The position numbers were made by a program, and so were the translations under genes. Under the pieces are notes generated by a model. The model made no database searches and had not been told where the DNA came from. It saw nothing but the letters and a program-made list of their open reading frames with translations. Of a DNA stretch of 64,000 nt, positions 9,401 through 18,722 are shown one piece after another. This DNA is from an uncultured Hyphomicrobiales bacterium (GTDB taxonomy: Bacteria > Bacteroidota > Ignavibacteria > Kapaibacteriales > UBA7675): NCBI GenBank assembly GCA_964445695.1, contig CAYULF010000007.1, positions 23,638 to 87,637 on the forward strand, written 5' to 3'. Position 1 is the stretch's first letter, and each line of letters opens with the position of its first letter.

Positions 9401-10845
9401 AAATAGTCCCCCTCGACATTCGGATCGCCGTCGCTGCCGTCGCAGCGCGGCCATTGCGGTCCGATGTTGCAATAGTCCGGCAGTTTGTCGGCTGTCATCG
9501 TCAGCACGTCGTGGACGCGGCGCTGCACGTCGGCTCCATTGAGCAGATCGCCGTTTTGATCATGCTCAAGATCAACTCCCGCCCAGCGATCGACCGCCAG
9601 CATGAGACCCACAACGCCGGAGACGACGGGAGCGGATTGTGAAGTTCCTGAGGAAAATATTGCACCGCCGTCGTTGGCGGCAGGCGTCGTAATGTACTGC
9701 CCAGGTGCAGCCAGATCAAGAAAGGCCCGGCGTTTAGCCTCCAGTCGCTCCGTGGGATCACTGCTCAGATTAAACTTGTCTTTTCCCGGCGAAAAATTCC
9801 AGTTGTCGATGAAAGTCTGCGAGCCACGAAACAACCAGCCATTGTTGTAGTCACAGGCGGCGGCGCTCAATCCGGGATTACAGAGCGGGTCCTGGCACGG
9901 CGAGGGGCCGCCGTCATTCAGCGCTCCGACGGCGATAATTCGTACGTCGCGCGACGGATCGTTCTGCGCGTCGGGATCGGCATATACGTGTGCCGCCGGC
10001 CTGGACACTCCCGGATACCAGGTGCGTCTCTGTTCACCGTTGACCTGGAAGTTGCGCGGTATGCCACACTGGCCGTTCTCATAGTCGCGTGCATTGCACG
10101 CGCCGGACACCACGACGATGCCGGCGTTGATGGCCGGAAGAAAATTCTCGGCGGTCACGCTGAAGAGGGGAGGTAACTCAACCGAACCGATGCTGGCGTT
10201 CAGGACGGCCACAGGCTGCAGTTCGTTATTCTGTTCGAGATCGGTATCAAGTTCCAGGATCTTCGGACCCAGTGTGCCGATGGCATGCAGCGCCACGCCG
10301 CGACAGGAATGCGCCACACCGAGCATGCCTGTACCCGGCGTTCCGTCGTCGTTGTTACCGGCGGCGACGGCCAGCGGCAGCGTCGTCAGGCCGTGGCCGC
10401 CGCGGCGGTCCACACTGGTCTCCGACCCGTCGCCCCTGTGTGCGGCGTCGACCACAATAAATTGGCCGGACTGTTGCGGCGTCGTACGTAGCGGGAGGTC
10501 CGGATGATCAAAATCGTCTGCTCCCCAATAATCGTAGGCTGCAATCACGACATCTGGCGCGCCGGTCGAGAACTTCCACGCCAACGGCGCTTTTATGTCG
10601 TACAAATGCCACATCCACCCGCGTGAATGAGCATGATCGGAATGCTCCCGATTCTCCGGCGTTAACTGAATTTCACTGAAAGGTATGCCGGGCGTCAATC
10701 CGCGGTCGTTCGGCAACCACTCCTCCGGCGGCGTCTGAGAACTGACTGAAAAAGTACCACACATTGACAAACAAAAAGTCAAGAAAGCGAGCCGTGGCAA
10801 AGCAGTGCCGCGGCGCTGCAATAAGAGCGTCGAGTTTTGTGACAT
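6409..10845 (-). CDS. Subtilisin-like S8 serine peptidase with beta-helix repeats and T9SS C-terminal domain (about 1478 aa). ORF extends to 10953, but the signal peptide begins at Met 10845.
   Basis: S8 Ser motif SGTSQSAPVVSGVVGLMLA with upstream Asp (VVIAAYD) and His (GGHGLTT) regions. Long right-handed beta-helix-like repeat region. C-terminus ISPNPF...GVYLCRMQ...MFIE. Confidence 0.8.
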   Translation of the reverse strand: MSQNSTLLLQRRGTALPRLAFLTFCLSMCGTFSVSSQTPPEEWLPNDRGLTPGIPFSEIQLTPENREHSDHAHSRGWMWHLYDIKAPLAWKFSTGAPDVVIAAYDYWGADDFDHPDLPLRTTPQQSGQFIVVDAAHRGDGSETSVDRRGGHGLTTLPLAVAAGNNDDGTPGTGMLGVAHSCRGVALHAIGTLGPKILELDTDLEQNNELQPVAVLNASIGSVELPPLFSVTAENFLPAINAGIVVVSGACNARDYENGQCGIPRNFQVNGEQRRTWYPGVSRPAAHVYADPDAQNDPSRDVRIIAVGALNDGGPSPCQDPLCNPGLSAAACDYNNGWLFRGSQTFIDNWNFSPGKDKFNLSSDPTERLEAKRRAFLDLAAPGQYITTPAANDGGAIFSSGTSQSAPVVSGVVGLMLAVDRWAGVDLEHDQNGDLLNGADVQRRVHDVLTMTADKLPDYCNIGPQWPRCDGSDGDPNVEGDYFSGVDGNDELIQFDYLEQANDPRRRSWAQRMGFGKVNAYRAVAHTISLKADQRYTASVTLPFDNDERGPLGQRIMHMGAWFREGANEDVNGNGLSGEVLDLYEAGGASLPGENHNNQGVTELNGSGVTLTVPGDATLAIDGIVTSGTPTGGNGITTTGDGEIVAEGMLDNVELSGDTFVGDLIVRGDEGTNGCLMAGPAQANVCEVFGNVRMQDSGAVFVRGWMRMRPGGQITMSGGRDVFVKPGGTLEMMYGSRIERDPGTHFDRMVVIDAGATLLVQPGAHVDLFTHIYVLPGGRVEIGENAVVSLDHFRVEADGEFVVGAGAHLALRDPDYFNECQGHMTVAGQAGNLARVTGRFPEVELANPYVLCDGVVDHARLIAKGDIDDIAASGLRLENAAFSNVAVQAINIRINTVSNCSFTAARSLNMPWQNLVEVNYWPGDGDPITPPPALNARFEDCEFADEDGEDDNSSNRMLQEYKFHGLFSMNLESLALHNSNFRAVEAGIRTIDAGSVDLTGNRADIVDNFIHINGPRSESFECGNTAQSVWRCGTYTATAQSRVYDAAYANIHSGIIGTSADRVWMRGSHLDFFMEGVNADGGTIYLRPNENPGQVDEFGRNVFVVQPRNQPQSEFFDSDLMRRDAHMQSYGSVIPPCGLNNFAAETDLHIDANYFAMVLVTSNRWNNPDGTFNVRRGPLVQVLGDQLDQSESTMGCATDEDFQSCPSPPELQQLGSLNPFGPVMDNTPDSIFVRALDDLADPTLLPTVRRTRAKDTFRAALKGDSTEQRLDTLRGWIGTILAADTTVANDTLLRGGLMLLDGVILEHLRRYPDARIAFELVCQSVPSSPDSMLAGWRLKKLDLLECGQTHGAAYDSKMAAWNGQINQDLERYRTPPLQQAKRAGETGPVVDRSDCRLSGISPNPFGDKTTIRVEVGSPQHLRIEIADMQGRIVAVIADRRLESGSHELVFRNEAYAPGVYLCRMQTAGGHSQSELMFIE

Positions 10846-11227
10846 GATATGTTTAAGTTTAGGTAGTTGTTGAAATTTCGATGACTCGATTGAACAGGAA
10901 GTCGATCGTGAGCGTGCGCGTGGATGACGATCGGTCGTGTAATGAAACGACAAGTCATCGTGTAATTAAGGCGAAAGGCCTTATCCCCTTTGTTTAATGC
11001 AACATGTTAATTGGTGGAACGGGGTCGGCAGAAGTTCATCGACGAGGTGATGGACAACATACCACCCGGATCAGTTAAAACCGGGTTGAATGCTGAAGGT
11101 TACTTAACCAGAGAATATCGCCAGACAATCTTCGCAATTCCGAGCGGTAATTGTACACTGCGGTCGTCCAGGCGCTCTATTGCTTTTTGATCCTTTAACA
11201 TGCCGCAGGTAAATGCACCTTAAACGC

Positions 11228-11262
11228 AAAAGCGGACGCCACCAGTAGGTGACGCCCGCTTC
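11228..11262 (-). terminator. Imperfect GC-rich hairpin followed by a U-run on the minus strand, downstream of the DUF1573 gene
   Basis: gcggacgccacc / ggtgacgcccgc arms (2 mismatches); on the minus strand followed by UUUUGCGUUU. Confidence 0.4.
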
Positions 11263-11309
11263 TGCAATTCCACACCGGTTGTTAATGCCGGCCGCTACAA
11301 ACTATAATT

Positions 11310-12029
11310 TTAGTCTACAAACGCTTTCGATTTCGTCGGCTCTTTAACATTGCCGTAGCCTTTGATTTCCAGCGTTTCGTATTCCGGGTGGCTCGTTTTC
11401 ATGCTGACCGAAGCCGAGAAATACCCGTCTTTGGCCGGAACCACTTTGGCCGCAACTTCAATTGTCTCACCCGCTTTAACAACTACTTTGCTGCCGATGT
11501 CCAGTTTAACGCCGTTGTCGGCTTTGATGTCGCTCAGCGTGACGTCCTGATTGCTGGAGTTGCGGATTTTCACCGTGGCGACCGCTTCCGTGCCCGCTTC
11601 CATGTCGTTGAAATACAGGTAGCGCGGCGTGACGGAGATCGGACGATCCACATTGGCTTTGATGTACAGCACCGTCGTCGGCGATCCGGCATCATTGCTC
11701 GTAATCGTAATCGACTTCTGCACCTGGCCCGTGCTCGTGGCTACTTTGAGCGAAACGTTCATCATCGTTTCTTCACCCGGCATCAGACGATCTTTTTCGA
11801 GCGGAGCGGTCGTACAGCCGCAGCTCGGTTTCACCTTGGCAATAATCAGCTCGGCGTCGCCCGTGTTCTTGATCTTGATATCGGCCGTCAGCGGCGACTC
11901 TTTCGGGCTGACCGTGCCCCAATCGTAGGTATTGTTCTTAATACCAAGGAGCTCCATTTTCGGTTGTGCGATCGCCATGGCAGTAGTAGCGATAAATGCG
12001 GCGACAAGGACCGTGAAAATGCGTTTCAT
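11310..12029 (-). CDS. DUF1573 domain-containing secreted protein (two tandem DUF1573-like Ig-fold domains)
   Basis: Signal peptide MKRIFTVLVAAFIATTAMA. Hallmark KPSCGCTTAP motif of DUF1573. 239 aa. Confidence 0.8.
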   Translation of the reverse strand: MKRIFTVLVAAFIATTAMAIAQPKMELLGIKNNTYDWGTVSPKESPLTADIKIKNTGDAELIIAKVKPSCGCTTAPLEKDRLMPGEETMMNVSLKVATSTGQVQKSITITSNDAGSPTTVLYIKANVDRPISVTPRYLYFNDMEAGTEAVATVKIRNSSNQDVTLSDIKADNGVKLDIGSKVVVKAGETIEVAAKVVPAKDGYFSASVSMKTSHPEYETLEIKGYGNVKEPTKSKAFVD

Positions 12030-12239
12030 ATCAAATACCTCTGAAAAACATGTGTGAATTGAAATAGCAGGTAGTTTCGTCCATTGTTGGTTCGGCCTTT
12101 CCCGGCCTGTACCTGGCTCGTGCGCGGAATGCGCCGCCGGGTATTTTTTTGAACGGACCTGAGACGCTGGCAGCCGCGTAAAGGTTTACGCCTTTTTCAA
12201 AACTTTTTTAAAACCCCTCTTGTTTGCCCCGCTGGTCGC

Positions 12240-13088
12240 TCAGGGTTGGCCGTAGAGAAGCGATACATTCAGTCGCAGGCCGTAGCCGCGCCAGGACTGA
12301 TCGGCTGTAGCGGAGTGAAGCGGAATCGAGACCACAAGCCCGCTGACGGCGTAGAGCCCGCGCGCCAGGGGCGCGTCGTAGAACACCCCCAGGTCGGCGC
12401 TGAAGAGCAGATCGGCCGCCGCGCTGAGTTCGCCTTCAACAATGCGCGAACTGCTGGTGACGCCGTCAATCTCAAAATGAGCTTCCGCCGGCGCAGTAAT
12501 CTGCTGTCGCTGCTCAACCGTTTCAGAGAGAAGAAAACCCGCGCTGAGCGCCCCGCCCACGCTGATTCGGTCCACGATACGCCGCCGCAGGCCGACGTCG
12601 AATGCAAGACGACGGCGCGTCGACTCAAACTGCAGTTCGCTGCTGATCAGCCCGTATTCCAGCGATGGCAGGTCCGGCAGGTCGCGCTGCGCTTCGATGT
12701 CCGCACTGACATATCCTACGCCGGCGCGCAGCGTCCAGAATGCATCCAGCCAATATTCGCCGCGCAGACCGAAGCGCATGTAGCTGTCGCTCCCGCTGTC
12801 AAATACTCCGCATTCGCGGCAGACCAGACCGCCGTCGAAAGGATCGTCAATTTTTTCGGTGTGCTGCAGTTGCCCCGAATAACTCGACGCGCCGCCCGCA
12901 ACATCAAGTCCCAAAAACAGATCGGGATAATCGCTCGGCATGCGCGCATTGTATTGCCAGTCAAACCCCTGAGCCCGCAGCAGCGGCGCACAAAACCAAA
13001 TGATCGCAAGCGCGCACAGCCGCGCGGACACAGACCTCAAGCGAACGCAAAACCCGCCGCGCGATATGTGTTGAGCGGAATCTGTCAT
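12240..13088 (-). CDS. Putative outer-membrane beta-barrel protein, translationally coupled (ATGA overlap) to the upstream giant T9SS cargo gene
   Basis: Alternating amphipathic beta-strand pattern and N-terminal signal (LCALAIIWFCAPLLRAQ). 4-bp overlap with the stop of the 13085..16768 gene. The plus-strand alternative ORF is Arg-rich antisense noise. Confidence 0.55.
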   Translation of the reverse strand: MTDSAQHISRGGFCVRLRSVSARLCALAIIWFCAPLLRAQGFDWQYNARMPSDYPDLFLGLDVAGGASSYSGQLQHTEKIDDPFDGGLVCRECGVFDSGSDSYMRFGLRGEYWLDAFWTLRAGVGYVSADIEAQRDLPDLPSLEYGLISSELQFESTRRRLAFDVGLRRRIVDRISVGGALSAGFLLSETVEQRQQITAPAEAHFEIDGVTSSSRIVEGELSAAADLLFSADLGVFYDAPLARGLYAVSGLVVSIPLHSATADQSWRGYGLRLNVSLLYGQP

Positions 13089-16000
13089 CGGGTTTTCACC
13101 AGGGTATGGGTAGCCGTATAAATCCCGGCGCGCATCACGCAGTAATACGTCCCGGCCGCCAGCGTGCTTCCGTCCAGTTGAGCCAGAAAGACGCCCGGCG
13201 GGTGTTTGCCCGCGGCAACCTGACGCACCAGCGTACCCATCGAGTTAAACAACTGAATGTCGACCACTGTGGGATACGCCACTTCGTACTCAATCGCTAT
13301 GTCGCCTTCCAGCGGATTCGGCGAGGGCGAGCGCAGACCGAAGGTTCGTCCCGCACTGCCGCCGATCGTAAGCACGTGCACGCCGCAGACCGAATCGGCA
13401 ACGAACACGCCGCCGGAACCGACCGTGTCGACCGAGACAATTTCATCGCAGTCCGAATTGCCGAGCCTGATCGAGGCAATGTTGATCGGCGTCACCGCCG
13501 CATTGCCGACGTAGGTATTAAAGCGCAGACGCAGCAGCGTGTCGGACGGCTGCAGTGCCGCCGAACTGCGAAGTTCCAGCTGAAGCACGCCATCCGTTTC
13601 GGCGCTGGAGATATCGTCGCTGCTCAGGTTGCGCGCCGCCGTTCCGGCGGTCAGAAAGTCTTCAAACTGCAATGTCGTGCGATTGTATTCCAGTTCAATG
13701 TTAACCGTTTCGATGTTCGAAATTTGCTGTTGCCCGGCCAGGTCCGGCAGCAGCAGCGGAATCTCCACAAGCTTGCCGGGTTGTGCGCGCGTCACGTCGG
13801 GAATGTCGACGCGCAGGGCCGGCGGCGTCACGCCCACGCCGACAACAGGCAGGGCATAACTGGAATCCGGACAGCCGCCGTTGTGGCTGAAGCGCAAGGT
13901 ATCCCGTATGCGCCCAACGGCGTTCGGCTGAAAATGGATGTAGATCGTGTCGTCCTGATTGGGACCCATGCGGCGCTCCGCCGTTCCCCGGAAGCCGAAT
14001 GCCGTCGGCTGTACCAGACTAATATTGCTGAGCTGCAGGTCCTGATTGCCGCCATTGATCACACGCAGCGCCAGAACGCGCTCGTTGACGCAGTCGGGCA
14101 GCACCGCCAACGTGTCAAAGTCCAACGTGCCGTCCTCCAGCACCGGGCCGAGGGGTTCAACGGCCAGCACGGCCGCTACCGGCCGCGCTCTGAAAATCAG
14201 CACCAGCTGACGCACCGATTCGGGCGAGCGGAAGACGCGCTCGTCGATGTCGCTCTCAATGATGCGTTCCACTTCCTGCACCACGCCGACGCCGGCCACC
14301 CGCTGCGGCGTGAATATCACGCGAACCTGATCGCTCAGCTCGCCCGGCTCCAGCCCCGCCCCGTTGACGGGCAGATTGCTGATCGTAAAGTCGTTGTCGA
14401 CGCTGTTGGTGCGTTGTATTACGCGCCGCACACCGTAGCGGAAATTGCCGTCGTTGCGCAGACGGAAAGTAAACGACCGCGAGTCGTTGCAAACGTTGAC
14501 CTCGCCCAGGTCGATGATGACCGTGTCTCCGCGGTCGTCCACCGTCGGCACAATGCCGCTGGAATTCAGTGACGTAAAGGTCAGTTTCTGTTCGACGCCC
14601 CTGCCGCGAAGTTTGATGCGCGTCGTGTCCTGGCGCGCCTCGCCGGTCGTGTTATAAGCCACAAAAAACTCTGCTTCGTCCAGTCCCAGATCCGACGGCT
14701 CAAAAATAAAGGGCAGGGAGAGCACCTGTTTCTCGTCGATAAACCCCGGGATGTTAAACGCCCCGGAGCGCAGGTCGAATGATCCGCCGGACGCGCCTTT
14801 GTTTAACAAACGCGAGTCGAATGGCTCAACCGCGCGTCCGCAGTTTTCCAACTCCATCTCCAGCGTGCGCGAAGCATTCAGGTAGACCATGCCGAAGTCC
14901 AGAATCGGAGGCTTGCCGACGAGCAGCGCGTCCGTCTTGATCGTGCGCACCACAAATTCCTTGCGGTACATACGCGATGTGTCAACCGTATCCCGCATCG
15001 TAAAAGTGAAGTCGACGCGTTTAAGTCCGTAAAACTCGGGCTCGCGGAAATCGGATTCGCCGCCCAGGAATATCAGTTTGAATTCGCGTTCCGTGTACGA
15101 TCCGGCAACGTCGAGCGGACGACGCGCCACATACCTGTTTTCGATCACGTCAATCAGATCGTCGTTGTAGTGAATCGTGGAGGAAATCAGATCGTTGGAA
15201 ATCGGGTCGTTGTAGTTGGCAATGACGTAGTCGGGCGCGGTCTGGTTCTGCTGCATGAACCCGATTTCCATGTTGCCGTAGTTGCGCACAAAAAATGACA
15301 CGGTATCGTTCTTGCCTTCCGGCTGATAGCCGAAATCAATCGTATCCGTCGCCGCTTCGCGCCGCTCCCAGTCAAAGTAAATAAAGACCGAGTCGAAGTA
15401 GGAATAGGCCTGCAGCACCAGTTGTTGCGGCGAAAAGTTTTCACCCGTGACCTCAAGCGTGTCACGGAATAGTCCATGTGTCGTCGGGTTAAATCCGATG
15501 TCGATCGTCCGCGTTTCACTCGGATTCAGGTCCGTCGCACCCGCGCCCCACTGCGCCACGGCGCTGAAAGGCGCACTCAGGCCGCGGAGTTCAACGGCGT
15601 CGGCGCGGCTGCTCCCGGTCGATTCGACTACTATCTGACGTCCGGTGTTTGCATCGCGATGCACGTTGCCGAAATCGAAGTCGGCCAGCACATCGGGCGA
15701 ACCCGCCTGCGGGCGCAATTTGACCGCCGCCAGCGTGCCCTCTCCGCGCAGCAGCAGACTGAACCAGGGATTTGCACCGCCGTTGAGATTGGGATCGTTG
15801 CAGAAAACGCGCAGTTCCACGCTGAAAGGCCCAACGCCCTGCGGCTCAAAACTGCAGGCCAGGCCGAGGCTGTTGATGTCGCGTTGCAGATCGGCGGGAT
15901 CGTTCAGTGCGTTTCCATCGGAACGCCGCACCGCAAAGTGCGCAAGGTCCGCCGCGCTGCCGACCAGTTCCAGCCGACTGATCTGCAGGTCCTCAAGGGC

Positions 16001-16768
16001 GCCGTTCAGCAGCACGCGTTCAATTGTGCGTCCCTCCTGCCCCACGCTCAGCTTGCCGAAATCGATCTGAGCGGACTTCAGAATTCGGTCCGGCGGCGTA
16101 ATCAACAGTTCTTTTTCAGTGTCGCGCACCAGCAACTGCGGCGATTCGCGCTGAATGATGACGCGGAACTGCGTTGTGTCCTCACCGGTAAAATTGTCGT
16201 TGTAAAACTCCTGTACAGCCGGCCCCAGCTCGCGATCGTAGCGGTCCACAAACATGAACTGGCCGGGTCCGCCGTTGCCGGTTACGCTGATTACATAGCG
16301 GTGGTCGGGATTGTACACGTCTTCACGTGGAACAAAACGGAAGCGTTTAAGTTCGGCGGCGTTGACCGGCTCCAGTCGTTCAAGAAGGTAGTTGTTGTCG
16401 GCCGGTGCGTTGACCGCCAGGAAAATATTACAGGCGCCCGCCACGCGATCGCAATACCCTTCAAATCCATTTTGTTTGTCACTGAGCGGCAGGCGTGGAT
16501 TCGAGCGGTTGTTGATGGATCCCAGGGCAAAACGGGCGTCGGCGATAATGTTCAGGTCCGTGCCCGCATCGCCGAAGTTGCCCGACCCCTCGATCGTCCA
16601 GCGGTACGCCGTTCCCGCAAAGTGCGGCCACTTTGAGTTGAACACGACCGGCAGGTTGGTGTGCACAATGACGGTGTCGTTCGGCTGCGCACTCAGACGC
16701 GGCGCACCCAATGACGAGCAAAAAAAGGCCAGAACAAGGCAGAGTAATATCACGCGACATTGCATCAT
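13085..16768 (-). CDS. Large (about 1227 aa) secreted protein of unknown function with T9SS type-A C-terminal domain. ORF extends to 16882; signal peptide begins at MMQCRVILLCLVLAFF, Met 16768.
   Basis: Signal peptide plus C-terminal SPNPLEGD...AGTYYCVMRAGIYTATHTLVKTR. Repetitive Ig-like (beta-sandwich) segments are suggested by recurring FGxV/NxG patterns. Confidence 0.75.
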   Translation of the reverse strand: MMQCRVILLCLVLAFFCSSLGAPRLSAQPNDTVIVHTNLPVVFNSKWPHFAGTAYRWTIEGSGNFGDAGTDLNIIADARFALGSINNRSNPRLPLSDKQNGFEGYCDRVAGACNIFLAVNAPADNNYLLERLEPVNAAELKRFRFVPREDVYNPDHRYVISVTGNGGPGQFMFVDRYDRELGPAVQEFYNDNFTGEDTTQFRVIIQRESPQLLVRDTEKELLITPPDRILKSAQIDFGKLSVGQEGRTIERVLLNGALEDLQISRLELVGSAADLAHFAVRRSDGNALNDPADLQRDINSLGLACSFEPQGVGPFSVELRVFCNDPNLNGGANPWFSLLLRGEGTLAAVKLRPQAGSPDVLADFDFGNVHRDANTGRQIVVESTGSSRADAVELRGLSAPFSAVAQWGAGATDLNPSETRTIDIGFNPTTHGLFRDTLEVTGENFSPQQLVLQAYSYFDSVFIYFDWERREAATDTIDFGYQPEGKNDTVSFFVRNYGNMEIGFMQQNQTAPDYVIANYNDPISNDLISSTIHYNDDLIDVIENRYVARRPLDVAGSYTEREFKLIFLGGESDFREPEFYGLKRVDFTFTMRDTVDTSRMYRKEFVVRTIKTDALLVGKPPILDFGMVYLNASRTLEMELENCGRAVEPFDSRLLNKGASGGSFDLRSGAFNIPGFIDEKQVLSLPFIFEPSDLGLDEAEFFVAYNTTGEARQDTTRIKLRGRGVEQKLTFTSLNSSGIVPTVDDRGDTVIIDLGEVNVCNDSRSFTFRLRNDGNFRYGVRRVIQRTNSVDNDFTISNLPVNGAGLEPGELSDQVRVIFTPQRVAGVGVVQEVERIIESDIDERVFRSPESVRQLVLIFRARPVAAVLAVEPLGPVLEDGTLDFDTLAVLPDCVNERVLALRVINGGNQDLQLSNISLVQPTAFGFRGTAERRMGPNQDDTIYIHFQPNAVGRIRDTLRFSHNGGCPDSSYALPVVGVGVTPPALRVDIPDVTRAQPGKLVEIPLLLPDLAGQQQISNIETVNIELEYNRTTLQFEDFLTAGTAARNLSSDDISSAETDGVLQLELRSSAALQPSDTLLRLRFNTYVGNAAVTPINIASIRLGNSDCDEIVSVDTVGSGGVFVADSVCGVHVLTIGGSAGRTFGLRSPSPNPLEGDIAIEYEVAYPTVVDIQLFNSMGTLVRQVAAGKHPPGVFLAQLDGSTLAAGTYYCVMRAGIYTATHTLVKTR

Positions 16769-16876
16769 AGCGTGAATACCGTATTTCCGTATAAAGTTGC
16801 CGCAGCTCAGGGGAAAGTGCGGATAATGATCCCGGCTTCCTGCCAACGAGAAGAAAGATTCGTAATTTAGAAGCTT

Positions 16877-17701
16877 ATGCATGAAGAGGCAAACGCAATC
16901 GGTGTATTTGATTCAGGGGTCGGGGGACTGACGGTTCTGCGCGAACTGGTTTCGGTCTTTCCGCGGCGCTCCCTTATCTACCTGGGGGACACGGCGCGCG
17001 TGCCCTACGGTACCAAATCGCCGGAAACCATTCGCCGCTATGCCGTGCAGTGCACGCGTTTCCTGATGCAACACCGCGTCGGCATGGTCATTATTGCATG
17101 CAACACGGCTTCGGCTCTGGCGCTGGACGCCGTGCAGGACATCGCGGGCGTGCCGGTCGTGGGGACAATCGAACCGGCGGTCGACGCAGCGCTGAAACTG
17201 ACGCGCAACGGACGTATCGGCGTCATTGGCACGGCGGCCACGATTGCCAGCAACGCCTTCCAGCACCTGCTGGCGCAGCGACGCGATTCCAAAAGCGCCT
17301 TTGTGCCGGCGCAGGCCTGCCGCCTTTTTGTACCGCTGGCCGAGGAAGGCTGGCATCGCCACCCCGTGGCCGAACAGATCGCCGGCAAATACCTGGCGCC
17401 CATGCGCACGTCCGGCATTGACACATTAATCCTGGGATGTACTCACTATCCCCTTCTGATCGACGTGATCCAGGCGCAGCTGCCAGACGTGGCGCTGGTC
17501 AACTCTGGAGCGGAGGCGGCGCGCATGGCGCTGCAGACGCTGCAACTGCCGCCGGACGCCGCAGCATCGATCCCCGGCGACGCAGCGGACCGCATCCGCT
17601 GTTTTGTCAGCGATAAAACGGAAGGTTTTTCACGAACGGCGGCGCGCTTCCTCGGTTTTGCGCCTCTCTCCGTCGACGTGGTAAATCTGGAAGATTATTA
17701 G
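16877..17701 (+). CDS. murI: Glutamate racemase
   Basis: IGVFDSGVGGLTV, CNTAS and GCTHYP motifs; 274 aa. Confidence 0.9.
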   Translation: MHEEANAIGVFDSGVGGLTVLRELVSVFPRRSLIYLGDTARVPYGTKSPETIRRYAVQCTRFLMQHRVGMVIIACNTASALALDAVQDIAGVPVVGTIEPAVDAALKLTRNGRIGVIGTAATIASNAFQHLLAQRRDSKSAFVPAQACRLFVPLAEEGWHRHPVAEQIAGKYLAPMRTSGIDTLILGCTHYPLLIDVIQAQLPDVALVNSGAEAARMALQTLQLPPDAAASIPGDAADRIRCFVSDKTEGFSRTAARFLGFAPLSVDVVNLEDY

Positions 17702-17771
17702 GCGCAGTTCTTTTATTTGCGTAAATACGCAGCACGGTTAAACACCCCGAAGTCCGACCCGGCACGCGGAG

Positions 17772-18713
17772 ATGCTCCGCGCCGCCCGACTTTCATTCAA
17801 CGCGATTCGACCCGCAGTGTTTATGAGTGCGAATTCTACCGACGGCCAGCCCGCGGACCAGCTCGACCGACTGCACAACCGGCTGGCGGAAGATTTCCTG
17901 GGAACCATCGATGTTCTGGCGTCGATGGTCGGCGCCTTTGAGCGATACCACGAAGGCAGCCACAGTCACTTTGTCGGCTACAAATCCGCTGAAACGGCGC
18001 GCCAGCTGGGCCTGAGCCCCACGGAAGTCTTTGCCGTACAGACGGCCGGACGCCTGCACGACATCGGTAAAATCGGCCTGCCGGAACGCATCCTGACGCG
18101 TTTTCCGGCCGATCTGAGCGAAGCCGACTTTGCCGAGTACGCTCGGCACGCCGAGCTGGGCGCGGTTATGCTGCGGCATCACTCCTCGCTCGCTTCGGTG
18201 GCGGACATCGTACACGCGCATCACGAGCGCCTTGACGGCTCGGGATTTCCGCGGCACCTCAAAGACACGGCCATTCCGCCCGGCGCCATGATTATCGCCG
18301 TGACGGATACCTTTCACAACATGATGTACCGCAAGGGCATCGCCCGCAACGAGGCGTCGGGCGTGCCGAACGCCATCCGTTCCGCCGGCTCTTTTCTTGA
18401 GGCCAGCAGCCGGCGCTACACGCAGATCATGAATTATCTTGAAAAAAAAGCCGGTGTGTTGTTCCATCGCAAAGTCGTCGATGCCTTCACGCTGATTATG
18501 GAAACGGAGCGCCGCCAGCTGGGAGACAAACTGGTTAAACGCGTCGCGCCGAACTACCTGCGGCCCGGCATGAGCCTGGCTGAAGATTATTACACGAGTT
18601 TTGGATTGCTGGTGGCGGCGCGCGGCGAGGCGCTGACGGAGCGCTCAATCCGCGCCCTGCTGCGGTTTGCGGAAGACGGAGAACTGCCCGCCAAGGTTCT
18701 GGTGGTGGATTAG
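17772..18713 (+). CDS. HD-GYP domain phosphohydrolase (c-di-GMP phosphodiesterase-like)
   Basis: HDIGK metal-binding motif and HHERLDGSGFP (GYP variant GFP) motif. Confidence 0.75.
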   Translation: MLRAARLSFNAIRPAVFMSANSTDGQPADQLDRLHNRLAEDFLGTIDVLASMVGAFERYHEGSHSHFVGYKSAETARQLGLSPTEVFAVQTAGRLHDIGKIGLPERILTRFPADLSEADFAEYARHAELGAVMLRHHSSLASVADIVHAHHERLDGSGFPRHLKDTAIPPGAMIIAVTDTFHNMMYRKGIARNEASGVPNAIRSAGSFLEASSRRYTQIMNYLEKKAGVLFHRKVVDAFTLIMETERRQLGDKLVKRVAPNYLRPGMSLAEDYYTSFGLLVAARGEALTERSIRALLRFAEDGELPAKVLVVD

Positions 18714-18722
18714 GCCTGCTGT

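Noticed and set aside
12030-12239. Possible hairpin or terminator structures between the DUF1573 gene and the putative outer-membrane-protein gene (cccggc...gccggg; gcgtaaa..ttacgc with T-runs)
   Set aside because: The U-tracts sit on the wrong side of the stems for the minus-strand transcripts that pass through here. No consistent terminator geometry.
13106-14572. 488-aa plus-strand ORF antisense to the 1227-aa T9SS cargo gene; similar long antisense ORFs at 53578-55788 (736 aa), 23074-24504, 62282-63730, 8425-9234, 15476-16636, 17793-18467, 27380-28513 and 12246-13121
   Set aside because: All lie antisense to genes with strong family signatures. Their translations are Arg/Ala/Gly-rich, low-complexity and without motifs, as expected from the scarcity of stop codons in about 60% GC DNA. 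No independent start/RBS context or conservation logic.
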